Assembly: GCA_951406725.2 (NCBI GenBank)
Contig: OX597823.1
Span: forward strand, 19,220,001-19,284,000
Length of the DNA: 64,000 nucleotides
Direction: 5' to 3'
Source of the DNA: Octopus vulgaris
Lineage: Eukaryota
Shown in pieces: positions 51,934 through 63,180 of the stretch (position 1 is its first letter; each line of letters begins with the position of its first letter). Position numbers and translations under genes: made by a program. The notes beneath the pieces were generated by a model. The model saw only the letters and a program-made list of their open reading frames with translations, was not told the DNA's origin and searched no databases.

Positions 51934-53863
51934 GTAAATTAACTATAATTCATCATATACCGTATCTACTTGTGTAGATATTTTATACATGATTTAAATT
52001 CATCATCATCATCGTTTAACGTCCATTTTCCATGCTAGCATGGGTTGGACGGTTCAACTGGGGTCTGGGAAGCCAGAAGGCTGTGCCAGGCCCAGTCTGA
52101 TCTGGCAGTGTTTCTACGGCTGGATGCCCTTCCTAACGCCAACCACTCCGTGAGTGTAGTGGGTGCTTTTTACGTGCCACCTACACAGGTGCCAGACGAG
52201 GCTGGAAGGAAATTATGAAAATAAATTATGTACCAAGATTTAAATTAGGGCTGCAATTTATGCAAATAAATATGGTATTTAGACTGAAGTTGTCTGTTCT
52301 GTACAGGCCTCCTCTTACTGTTTTCTTGTGAAGTCCTCTTCACAGCACTTCATTTTGTCCAGGATGGAGGGTAAGTTCTTTCTGTATGCTCATATCATTG
52401 TTGTCATGGATACCAAAAGATAATTGACAGAATTAATTGAGGGCCACACAAAATGCTCTACATTGTTTACCTGATGATTCTTTTTGTTTTTCTGTTCAAA
52501 TTCCGTTACTGTTCACTTTGCTTTCAACTTACTGGAGATTGTATTAAAATTCTTAATAAAAATTTTTTGTGAGTTACTAACATCCTGTCCCTGAGAAGAT
52601 TCGTCTCTCATCAGTTTAATTACTTCAGGAATTGTGACCCATTATGGAGTGAATGAGTCTAAATTACGAGATTCTCACATATGATATTTTTTCTAACCGA
52701 TTTATAATATTTGTGAGGTTAACATACTAACTATATGGCCATAATTCCAAATCTTTCTGCTCCAGTCATTGTCTTGTAATTTAGGAGCAGCCAAAACTTT
52801 GCTCTCTTTGACTAAGGAAAAAAAAAAAAAATAGTTTGCTGTTAAAACGTTTGTGATAGGAAGGGCATCCAGGTATAAATACAAATTCTCTATGCAGAAA
52901 ATTGTCTCACTCATGCAAACATAAGAAAGTGGATGTAAAACTGATGATAGGAAACATAGTAAGGGACATTACTTCGTTTATGTCAGTGAGGCACCTAGAG
53001 TTATGTACCTTGCTCAGGGGGTACAAACATGGTATAAATTACAGGGTCAATTTTTTAACTTTGGCACGGTGCTATCAGTTTATATAAAGTGGTAAGAGGT
53101 ACGTGTAGACGAATGGTATTTGCATATATTTCATATCACAAATCAAAATAAACCTTGTTGGGATTTAAATTTAGAATATACAGAGGTGTAACTACCACAA
53201 AGCCTTTTACCAATTTCCCTTACCAATTCTATCAATAACAATATTTTATTTCATGACTATTGCCAGTTTGAAACACATTATTATATTTATTACGAGGCGA
53301 CGAGCTGGCAGAATTGTGAGCATGACGGGCAAAATGCTTACCAGTATTTCGACTGCTGCTACGTTCATCATCATCATCGTTTAACGTTTGTTTTCCATGC
53401 TAGCATGGGTTGGACGGTTCGACCAGGGTCTGGGAAGCCAGGAGGCTGCACCAGGCTCCAGTCTGATCTGGCAGTGTTTCTACAGCTGGATGCCCTTCAT
53501 AATGCCAACCACTCCGTGAGTGTAGTGGGTGCTTTTTCTGTGCCACTGGCATGGAAGCCAATCAAAACGGCGCTGGCATCAGCCACGTTTGGATTGTTCT
53601 GAGTTCAAATTCTGCCAAGGTCGACTTTGCCTTTCGTCCTTTCAGGGTCGATTAAATAAGTACCAGTTACACACTGGTGTTGATGTAATCGACTTAATCC
53701 CCTCCCCCAAGTTGCCATTATGGTAAAAAGTTGAAATCATTATTATACTTATTACAGTTTTAACTTTGTAACTCATTAATTAGCAGTGGTGTTTGAAGTT
53801 AGTGTAATTTCCTGTAAAACTAGATTAAATGTTTCCTTTTTTTTTTTCCTTATCTTTTTTTAG

Positions 53864-54107
53864 GAGAAGAGTGAGGACCCAGCATCACTTGCATTTTGGA
53901 TGGCAAATGCATCAGAAATCCTAAATTTCCTCAAACAAGACCAAGATATTCGACTATTCAGTCGCGAAGCACAAGACATTCTGGCAGAATCTGTCCAAAT
54001 GGCATTCCATCATCTTGTGAACTGTTTACATTTTGACCTCAGTCACACGATGCCAGCTTTCGTAAATGATGATGATTCTGTGGAGGATGATGATTTTAGT
54101 GTTCCAG
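53864..54107 (+). CDS. AFDN: Afadin internal exon 9 (DIL region)
   Basis: ttttag| ... |gtaggt. EKSEDPASLAFWMANASEILNFLKQDQD...AQDILAESVQMAF contains the hallmark LAFWMANASE motif. 244 nt, phase 0 to 1. Confidence 0.95.
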
Positions 54108-55524
54108 GTAGGTACTTGGTGGGGGTTTGAAAACGCGAAAGGTGAGGCTGAAAGCATGAACGTGTAAAAGATATCGAAGGAGTGTATCTTTGCAATCAAG
54201 CATGAAAGAAGACTTTGTATTTTTTTTGTTGGGAAACCTAGTATATTTTTAAGGGATGAAAGGGTGAGTTTAGGGGTAAGGTTATGAGTGAAAGGTTAGC
54301 ATAAGTATTATTTATCCTCTCCCACCCCTACTCAGTTCTGATTAAGCAAACTTATATAATCTGTAATGTTGCAGCCAGCGTTTTTTATTTTTTATTTTTA
54401 GAAGACTTATAAAATATGTCCTTGATGTAGATTTAGCTGCTATTTTTAGCAAGCCATCCACTGTGTAGTGGTTCTTAGTTTTGTTTTATTTTTCACGGTG
54501 AAAGGTTGTTTAGATATCTTTAGAGGTTAAAGATTGAGATTGTGATTTTGAACATTTCTGTTAGACAATGTCAAAAAGTTAATGACATTCTTCAGAATAA
54601 AATTGGATACTCTTGCATCCCAGAATCCATTTTACTATCACATACTGATGCTTCTTAGGAAGCATTTATCTTGCTTCTAAGACCTTTTTAATGTAGCAGC
54701 TCCAAATTCTCACTAAAAAAAAAACAAAATCTCTTACGGCCTCCAAAATGAAGATCAATTATCTTTTATTTAAATCTTAAAATCAGAAGACTTAGAATAA
54801 AGACGGAATGGCCATGGCTGGACATGGCTATCAAATATTTTGTTTGGTCTGTTAAGACAACCAAAATAAGTCAACAGCTGTATTAAGCAAGTGATTTAAA
54901 CTGATGCCTAATTTTGTAAATTAATTTCCTTATCCTGTTGAAGTGTTCATCTCCAGCTGCGTATGCATCCCTCGTGGTTACAAATCAACCATAGATGGTT
55001 ACTAGCCTAGAAAGTGAAAACTAGTGGAGAGAGCTAGGATTAAACTTGGGAATTTGTTGACATATACATGTTCTTATAATGTTAAGTAGTCAATCATGTG
55101 TGGTCCCTAGGTTAGTCACCAGAAAACTGACATTTATGGACTTGGGATTGAACTTGTGATCTTGTTGTTTATGTCTCTGATTCCAAAATTAATTCCAAGG
55201 AAATTAACGAGGAAGGGAAACATTTATTAGACTATTGCCTGCTCTTTCACCTTAGCAGCCACACACATGATGAATGTAGGTGTTAAACGGACAATGAATC
55301 TAATCCAATGTTGAATTAAGTTCAGATCTTACTCTGTGGTGCTCACCACTAACTCAGAATTAATTGAAGGAAATCTTACCTTTTTTCTCTTTTTTTTTGT
55401 TCCTTTATTTGTAGTTACTTGATTTGAGGAAAAACATACTTTGAACCCTTGATTTAATTGTTTCTCTACGTTGCTAAAATTCCCAACAAATATAATTTCT
55501 TTTCCTAATGTCATGTGATTTCAG

Positions 55525-55826
55525 AAACTGGCTATCGGCAGAAAGCGCAGCCGACACTCGGTGATGTCCTCCGCACATTGACGGCTGCCATGAACCTTCT
55601 GCGACGGTGCCGTGTGAATGCAGCACTCACAATCCAACTGTTTTCTCAGCTCTTCCACTTTATCAACATGTGGCTGTTCAACCTGATAATTCAGAAGCCA
55701 CAGTTCAATCTCTGCACTCGCCGATGGGGCATTATACTGAAGCGTCGACTTGGTAAAGTGGAGGCATGGGCCGAGAAGCAAGGACTGGAATTGGCTGCTG
55801 ATTGTCACCTGTGTCGTATCATTCAG
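55525..55826 (+). CDS. AFDN: Afadin internal exon 10 (DIL domain core)
   Basis: tttcag| ... |gtatgt. Contains AMNLLRRCRVNAALTIQLFSQLFHFINMWLFN...WAEKQGLELAADCHL, near-invariant in afadin. 302 nt, phase 1 to 0. Confidence 0.96.
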
Positions 55827-55975
55827 GTATGTTCTGCGAATTCTTAACTAACAGATTGATTTCTATAGCTCTTGATTCAACTATCACCACACAATTTCTG
55901 TGTGTGTGTATGTGTGCATTCTAATTCCATCAGTAACAGTTTCGTCCTTGGTCAAATGGTCCAGAACTGAATGCA

Positions 55976-56182
55976 ATATACGGTAGTACCTCGGTTTTCA
56001 AACACCTGATCACAAATAAATCATACTTTATCTCCTTCCTCATATTCATTTAATACAATAGTACCTCAGTTTATGAACACCTGATCACAAATCGTGCTTT
56101 ATCTACTATCTTTCTCATATTCATTTAATACAGTAGTACCTTGGTTTATGGATGTCTCTGATCACGAATAAACCATGCTTTA
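55976..56182 (+). repeat. Three tandem ~75-bp units beginning with a Tigger/pogo-like terminus
   Basis: Each unit starts TAC(A/G)(G/A)TAGTACCT(C/T)(G/A)GTTT and contains CTGATCAC.AAT. Confidence 0.65.
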
Positions 56183-56879
56183 TATATATAGTATATATTA
56201 GTATACCCAAGTCTGCAGAAGACACTTTGTGAAAGTGTTGAGCAGAGGATTGGAACTAGAAACCAAAGAGATTGCAAAGTAAAATTCTTAGCCACATGGT
56301 TATTACTCTTTTACTTGTTTCAGTCATTTGACTGCGGCCATGCTGGAGCACCGCCTTTAGTCAAGCAAATCAACCCCGGGACTTATTCTTTGTAAGCCCA
56401 GTACTTATTCTATCAGTCTCTTTTGCCGAACCGCTAGGTGACGGGGACGTAAACACACCAGCATCGGTTGTCAAGCAATGCTAGAGGGACAAACACAGAC
56501 ACACAAACATATACATATATACGATAGGCTTCTTTCAGTGTCCGTCTACCAAATCCACTCACAAGGCTTTGGTCAGCCCGAGGCTATAGTAGAAAACACT
56601 TGCCCAAGGTGCCACGCAGTGGGACTGAACCCAGAACCATGTGGCTGGTTAGCAAGCTACTTACCACACAGCCACTCCTGCACCTATAAAAATTATATAT
56701 TAACAGATAATGTTAATATAAAATACCGTTGAACATATACATACCTAAACCCTTTTTTGCCAAAGGAAGCAGTGCAATTTTTCCATTCTGCTCTACACAC
56801 TACTCAGTCATGTGTATTGAGCACTTGTTTTGTGTGTTTCTTGACCACACAGTCATGTCTGTGCCTATATTAAAATAAT

Positions 56880-57312
56880 TGTAGTGACACCATCTTAGAA
56901 ATCTCCAGCACTCATGCGCAGAGTTGGAGTCTTCCGGGAGGCCTGCCGGAAGTTCCCTCATGCGCATGTGCAGAAAACTAGCTGCAGCGAAATTCCCTCG
57001 TATCGTTCTCTCGAACACCAACAGTTGAACAGGACAGTTGTGTTTTATCAGCTCTCTCAGGCTGCTACCTCGTGGTGTAATCCCCGCTATGCTGGAATGG
57101 ACAGGATTTGGCTCATTCCACTTGACTACTGCGATAAGCTTCTAGGCTGCCAATTCGCTCAGAAAGAAGAAATGTATATATTGCGAATCAAGAAATAAAT
57201 ATTTATACTGTTGAAGTTAATCAGAAGTCTTGACTCTTTCCTTTGATTAATATTTTAATGTAAAGGATGCGAGCTGCACCCATCCAGTGTGGGGACCTCT
57301 CATCCTGCTACA
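56880..57312 (+). mobile_element. Solo LTR (probably Gypsy-type)
   Basis: Termini TGTAG...CTACA, 4-bp TSD TAAT (56876-56879, 57313-57316), CpG-rich interior, AATAAA at 57194-57199; 433 bp. Confidence 0.78.
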
Positions 57313-57599
57313 TAATCTTTTAAATTTAACCCCTTAGTGTTTAAACCAGCTATATCTGGCCCTGATATTTTACTTATATTCAAACTGGCTATATCTAGCC
57401 TCTCACACATACCCTACAGTGTTATTCTGAAAATAAGTAACCATATCATTGACATCTCAAAGCCACAAGATAATGCAGGATTAATTCGAAACAATATGGA
57501 TAAATAAGCATTACATTTGACAGTAATCATCATCTTCATCAAAGGGTTACACAAAGCTAAGAGTATAAATAAGGCTAACAGCATATGTGAAATATGTGT

Positions 57600-58000
57600 A
57601 ATAATAATAATAATAATAATAATAATAGTGTACAGTGCTCAGGTGCACTACAACTCATCTAAAGTGTATATATAATCAGGTGTAGTTTCGGCGGATTTCG
57701 GAAAGCATGAGGGCCTTAAAGGATGCAGTGTCATGGCAGTCAACAACTGACACAGGCAGTTTATTCCATGCTTCAGCAACTCTGAGCGTGAAAAAATGTT
57801 TCTGAAAGTCATGGGAGCTGTGTTGTTTTCTGACTTTGTAGGCATGTCCACGTGTGTTAGACACATGGAGATCAAAAAGGTGTTCAGTGTTGTTGTTGGT
57901 GAGGTGGTTGATAACTTTGTGGGTGTTTACCAAGTCCGTCGCCAGACGCCGGAGCCTCAGTGAATCCATGCCCAGGGAAACAAGGCGCCCAGAATATGGT
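57600..58000 (-). mobile_element. CR1-clade LINE 3' fragment
   Basis: ORF 57676-57969: LRLRRLATDL...NTRGHAYKVRKQHS...KHFFTLRVAEAWNKLP...SFK; (TTA)n tail at 57600-57627. Confidence 0.88.
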
Positions 58001-58522
58001 AGGTGTAGTTGTCATGTAGCAGGAAAATGCTTTCATGTGTCCTCTTATATATCTACTTATATTGTTTAATTTAAATCTAGTCATGTGTTGTGGTTGAATA
58101 TAGCTTTCAATAGTAACAAATTATTTAATTATATATTCAATGTAATCTTTAATCCTTTCATGACCATATTTTTAATGAAATACATCGCCTGCATGTTTCA
58201 ATTAATTTAAAAGATAACTGGGAATTTAGAAGGATTAGTAAAATAACTTTGTCGTTATCAAGCAGGTGTAAAACGCAATGGACTGGCAGAAAAGAGAAAT
58301 ATGCTTTGCAGTGTTTGTTCTGGGTCTTTATGTTCGGAGTTCAAATCCTGCTACGGTCAACCTTGCTTTTCATTCCTCTGGAATTGATAAAATAAAGTAT
58401 CAGTGAAGAATTAATGAAATAAACCCTTCTTCCCCAATCAAAAAAAAAAAAAAAAAAATGCTTCAATTGTTATAATTTGTCCAACATAACTTAAATGCTT
58501 TTCTTTTATGTATCATTCACAG

Positions 58523-58957
58523 GCTGCACACTTACTGCAGGCGCCAAAAAACAATAATGATGACATTGCAAACATCAGTTCTACCTGCTTCAAGCTGAAC
58601 TCACTCCAAATCCAAGCCCTCTTACAGAACTACATCCCAGAGGATAATGAGCCTCGCATCCCTCAATCACTGATTGACCGTGTTGTGACTGTTGCCAGGA
58701 ACATGGCCGATGACTTGGCCCATTCTGACGGCAATGAAATTAAACTGGAAGAAGACCGAGAGCTGCAGTTACCATTTCTGCTACCAGAGGATGGTTATTC
58801 CTGCGATATCATCCGAGGTGTACCAAATGGCTTACCTGATTTCCTTGAAGCGTTTATCAGGAATGGGGTTTGCCGTTTCACACCTCAACCCAGTTCTAAA
58901 GGTCTGTGGACTGTATATATGGTTGGATTAGACCAGCAAGGACCAAGACTTAATGAG
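58523..58957 (+). CDS. AFDN: Afadin internal exon 11 (DIL end and post-DIL region)
   Basis: tcacag| ... |gtaaga. AAHLLQAPK...STCFKLNSLQIQALL...LEEDRELQLPFLLPEDGYSCDIIRGVPNGL matches afadin. 435 nt, phase 0 to 0. The PDZ exon is expected beyond the window. Confidence 0.95.
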
Positions 58958-59339
58958 GTAAGAATTCTCTCTTCTATGTTCATCATCATTTAATGCCCGT
59001 TCTCCCTATTAACATGGGTTGGATGGTTTGATAGGAGCTAGCCAACTGGAGAGCCTACTCAGGCTCAGTTTCCTTCCTAATGCCAACCACTTTACAGAGG
59101 GTATTGGGTGCTTTTACTTGGAATCATGGATCTTTAAAACATTATCGCTTGTTTTAAGTTCCCCCAGTATGGTTTTATGGATTTGATTTAGATGGAGATA
59201 GGTTGTCCATAGCTTGTGAAGGACTGACTGAAGTTAAGTGTTGGGAGTTTTGGAACAAAAATAGTCAATGAAGCGGGTGTTGTATGTATTTGCCATTGAG
59301 AATTCATGGAAGAAGTTTCGTGGGAATATGTGGATTTCA

Positions 59340-59705
59340 CAAGTGGTCCCCAACAATCCCACATATAGAGACATCCTGTTTGCTGCTGATTGTCCGCAGA
59401 CGCAGGGACAGAACAACCGAGGAGCCGCCGGTTGCCGAAACAGACACTCTGAGGATTTTCACCAGAGCCCTGTCTGCCGGGTTGTGGCCCTAATACCACT
59501 CGGTGTCAGACCAATCCGCCTTGGGTGGCCCTACCAGGAACCGAAGTTCCCGACGGCATAGCTCTGACACTACCCGTTGCCAGCGTCCTCACCATGGTGA
59601 AGAGGGGATGGACTTTGGGGACGCAATCTCGGCTTCTTCTACCACCCCGGAGATACCTCGAAGGTGGTAGGAGAAGCTGACTCTACCCGCCCAGGGTGAA
59701 TGTCA
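59340..59705 (-). mobile_element. GC/CpG-rich, highly structured segment, probable RTE-clade LINE 5' leader
   Basis: Contains GAGCTATGCCGTC...CCTGGTAGGGCCACCCAAGGC, which I recall from RTE/Rex3-type 5' UTRs. Several hairpins, e.g. GCTTCTTCTACCACC/GGTGGTAGGAGAAGC at 59632-59677. Confidence 0.55.
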
Positions 59706-60439
59706 CTACAAGTAAAGTACAAGTGTTGTATGTGGAGAACTGGGGGTAGGATAATTGATAGAACAGGCTGTAGTTGTGGTGGTGAAAAGTATCTGTCTCC
59801 TGGAGAAGAAGGTATTGAGAAAGGGTGTTACTGAATAGCAGCCTGTGTGTATGTATTTCTTTTTTTATTCGTTTATTTGTTTCAGTCATTTGACTGCGGC
59901 CATGCTGGAGCACTGCCTTTAGTCGAGTAAATCGGCCCCAAGACTTATTCTTTGTAAGCCTAGTACTTATTCTATCGGTCTCTTTTGCTGAACTGCTAAG
60001 TGATGAGGACCAAAACACATCAACATTGGTTGTCAAGCGATAGTGGAGGGGCAAACATACGCACACACATATGTTGGGCTTCTTTCAGTTTCCGTCAACC
60101 AAATCTACTCACAAGGCTTTGGTCGGCTTGAGGCTATAGTAGAAGACACTTGCCCAAGTGCCACACAGTGGAACTGAACCCCGGAACCATGTGGTTGGTA
60201 AGCAAGCTACTTACCACACATCCACTCCTACACCTAGTGCTTGTTTCATTATAAGTTTTACAGTAACTCAATACTTTTGGTAGAGTATAAATTTATTAAT
60301 CTTCAACAAGAACAGTATTGACAGTGAGTTCAAAGTTTTGGCCACTAAAGCCATCATTGAAGTGTGTGTGTGTGTGTATGCATATATATTTCTCTCTGCT
60401 CCCTCACTCCCCTTGTATATATATGTATATATAAGGTTA

Positions 60440-60751
60440 GTGGAGGCGCAATGGCCCAGTGGTTAGGGCAGTAGACTCGCAGTCGTAGGATCGCGGTTTC
60501 GATTCCCAGACTGGGCGTTGTGAGTGTTTATTGAGTGAAAACACCTAAAGCTCCACGAGGCTCCGGCAGGGTGGTGGTGGTGGTGATCCCTGCTGTACTC
60601 TTTCGCCACAACTTTCTCTCACTCTTTCTACTGTTGGCCTGCTCGCTTTGCCAGCGGGGTGGTGTCATTTGAAGGCTAAAACAATGCGAAGCGCATTGTG
60701 ACCAGCGATGTGTAACATCTGATAGCCTGGTCAGTCACGGTGGTCATGGTG
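60440..60751 (+). mobile_element. tRNA-derived SINE family D, tail type 2
   Basis: Same ~190-nt head as 17500-17690 but an unrelated 3' part; TSD ATATAAGGTTA (60429-60439, 60752-60762). Confidence 0.85.
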
Positions 60752-60858
60752 ATATAAGGTTAGTTAGAAAAAATGAAATAATTGTTCTTTAGTTATATAC
60801 AGGTACAGAAAATCTTTAAATTTTCCATGACAAGGGAATAGAATTAAAATATATATTA

Positions 60859-61431
60859 CTAGCAGTATCGCTCGGGTTTGTAAGGGAAATAACTATATAA
60901 GCATTTTTAGAGATGTAAAGTATAATAGCCATCTCAATATGGCTAACCACAAAGGGGGGGGGTGTTACTGTAGCTTTATACGTTCTGAGATTTAATAAAT
61001 TTTTAGAGAGTTACTTCCCTTATATATGATAAAAATGGGAAAAATTGATGGTAAATTTTTTTAAAATCATAGACTCATTGTAGACGCGCACTAATACCCA
61101 GAACGGCTCGATATGAATCACGACTATAAGATACCCGGTTTTGGTTAAACTGCACTGCAAAATGTGGGAGTAGTTAGGAATCTAAATCGTAGGAGACAGA
61201 CAGTCCCTTATATATGCCAAAAATGCATTAAAAATGGGAAAAAATGATGGTAAATTTTTTTTAAAATCGTAGACTCATTGTAGACGCGCGCTAATACCCA
61301 GAAGGGCTCGATATGAATCACGACTATAAGATACCCGGTTTTGGCTAAACTGCACCGCAAAATGTGGGAGTAGTTAGGAATCTAAATCGTAGGAGACAGA
61401 CAGCACACAACCTTACTTTTATATATAAAGA
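60859..61431 (-). mobile_element. Non-autonomous Helitron with internal ~190-bp tandem duplication
   Basis: Minus strand TCTTTATATATAAAAG...GATACTGCTAG, between A and T. Its 3' end is shared with 8352-8739. Direct repeat at about 61017-61203 / 61205-61403. Confidence 0.78.
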
Positions 61432-62792
61432 TGTATGTAAGAATTTTATGGCTTGGAAGCCCATTCATTCTATGCAGACCACATAGGCTGTTGTCACATA
61501 TATAGTTTTCAACTAGAAGCATCAGCAGTGTGGGATGCATTGACTTTGGATCCAGGGTAGGGAAGAGTGGAAGGTCAAGGTGATTGATTGGGTAAGGTGA
61601 AAAGTTAAGGGAGACAGAAAATGAATGGGGTGGAGGTCTAGAGGTTTGTCTTTCTCTTGTGACCACATATTGAAACTTGTTTATTCTTGTTGTGTGATTG
61701 ATTAAAATAAAGATGGACGGGTGATTGAAAAAATGAGAAGGAACCATTTGCAAATGTGTGTGGTGGGGCAGGGCAGGTAGAATAGTGCATGGTTTTGCCA
61801 GCCTCGTCTGGCACCTGTGTCGGTGGCACATAAAAAACACCATCTGAGCGTGGCCGTCTGCCAGCCTCATCTGGCACCTGTGTCGGTGGCACATAAAAAG
61901 CACCCACTACACTCACGGAGTGGTTGGCGTTAGGAAGGGCATCCAGCTGTAGAAACACTGCCAGATCTGACTGGCCTGCTGCAGCCTTCGGGCTTCCCAG
62001 ACCCCGGTTGAACCGTCCAACCCATGCTAGCATGGAAAGCGGACGTTAAACGATGATGATGATGTGTGTGTGTGTGCACGTAGACACCCATGCTCTTAAA
62101 CACAGATATACACTTTCACCGTTCACACACTCACACACACGCTCTTGTATGAAGTATGTGTCTGTATTTCAACATTTTAGAATGTCCTCGAATGTCAGAG
62201 TTTCTGTGAAAGTTATGTGATAGGCCAATAAAGGATATTTGTCATTGATCTGATCATTGGTGCTGAAACTAGAGTTTGGTACCTGTACTGGAGCTTTTTA
62301 GCTTTTGCAAAAATTCAAGCCAAAACTCCAGTCTGAGAATAACTTCTCTTTTTGCCCACTTCAACTTGGATATTTTATTAGAATAAACATTAAAAATCAA
62401 TGGAAATTTTAGTTGTGATCCCTGTGCCAGTGGCATGTAAAAAGCACCATCCGAACATGGCCGATGCCAGCGCCACCTTGACTGGTTTCTGTGCCAGTGG
62501 CACGTAAAAGGCATCATCCGAATGTGGCCGATGTCAGTGCCACCTTGACTGGCTTCCGTGCCGGTGGCACATAAAAAGCACCAATCCGATCGTGGCCGTG
62601 GCCAGCCTCACCTGGCACGTAAAAAGCACCCACTACACTCATGGAGTGGTTGGCGTTAGGAAAGGCATCCAGCTGTAGAAACACTGCCAGATCAGACTAG
62701 AGCCTGATGCAGCCTTCTGGCTTCCCAGATCCCGGTCAAACTGTCCAACCCATGCTAGCATGGAGAACAGACGTTAAACGATGATGATGATG

Positions 62793-63123
62793 AAACTTTA
62801 TACGGTAGATACCATGAGAACAACTCTCACATTAGCATTTGATGCAGAATGCACTCTTGTTTATATTGGTAGCAGGGAGATAAATCCTCTTCACCTCCAG
62901 TGCTGAGACCACCAGATCACATGATTTCAACCTTGTTTTGTCTTGTCAGTGATGGACACTCGGTTGCTAGAGACAGCAGCGATTCAGTGGTGGTGGTGAT
63001 GATGATTTCAGCACTAGAGGTAGCAGAGATTTATCTTCCCATTAGCATTATAAACAAGTGTGTATTTTGCACCAAAAATCCAGTATGAGAGGCTCTCTCA
63101 TGGTATCTACCCCAGTATAGTTT
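62793..63123. repeat. Long imperfect inverted repeat (foldback/MITE-like)
   Basis: TATAC.GGTAGATACCATGAGA...CTTGTTTATA...AGATAAATC...AGTGCTGA on the left is the reverse complement of the right arm (about 125 bp per arm). Confidence 0.75.
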
Positions 63124-63180
63124 GTTCTAACAGAACATCTACATTTAGTGGGGATAAATATTATCTCTCGGTATTAATAG

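Noticed and set aside
54104-54117. Tandem donors CAG|GTAG|GTAC at exon 9
   Set aside because: The second donor is 4 nt downstream, would frameshift, and is weaker; nothing supports its use.
59455-59502. Pistol-ribozyme-like start GUGGU..UUAGGGCCAC on the minus strand
   Set aside because: It lacks the conserved AAA linker and GCG core. The would-be pseudoknot strand pairs better in a local hairpin (GCUCUG/CAGAGU).
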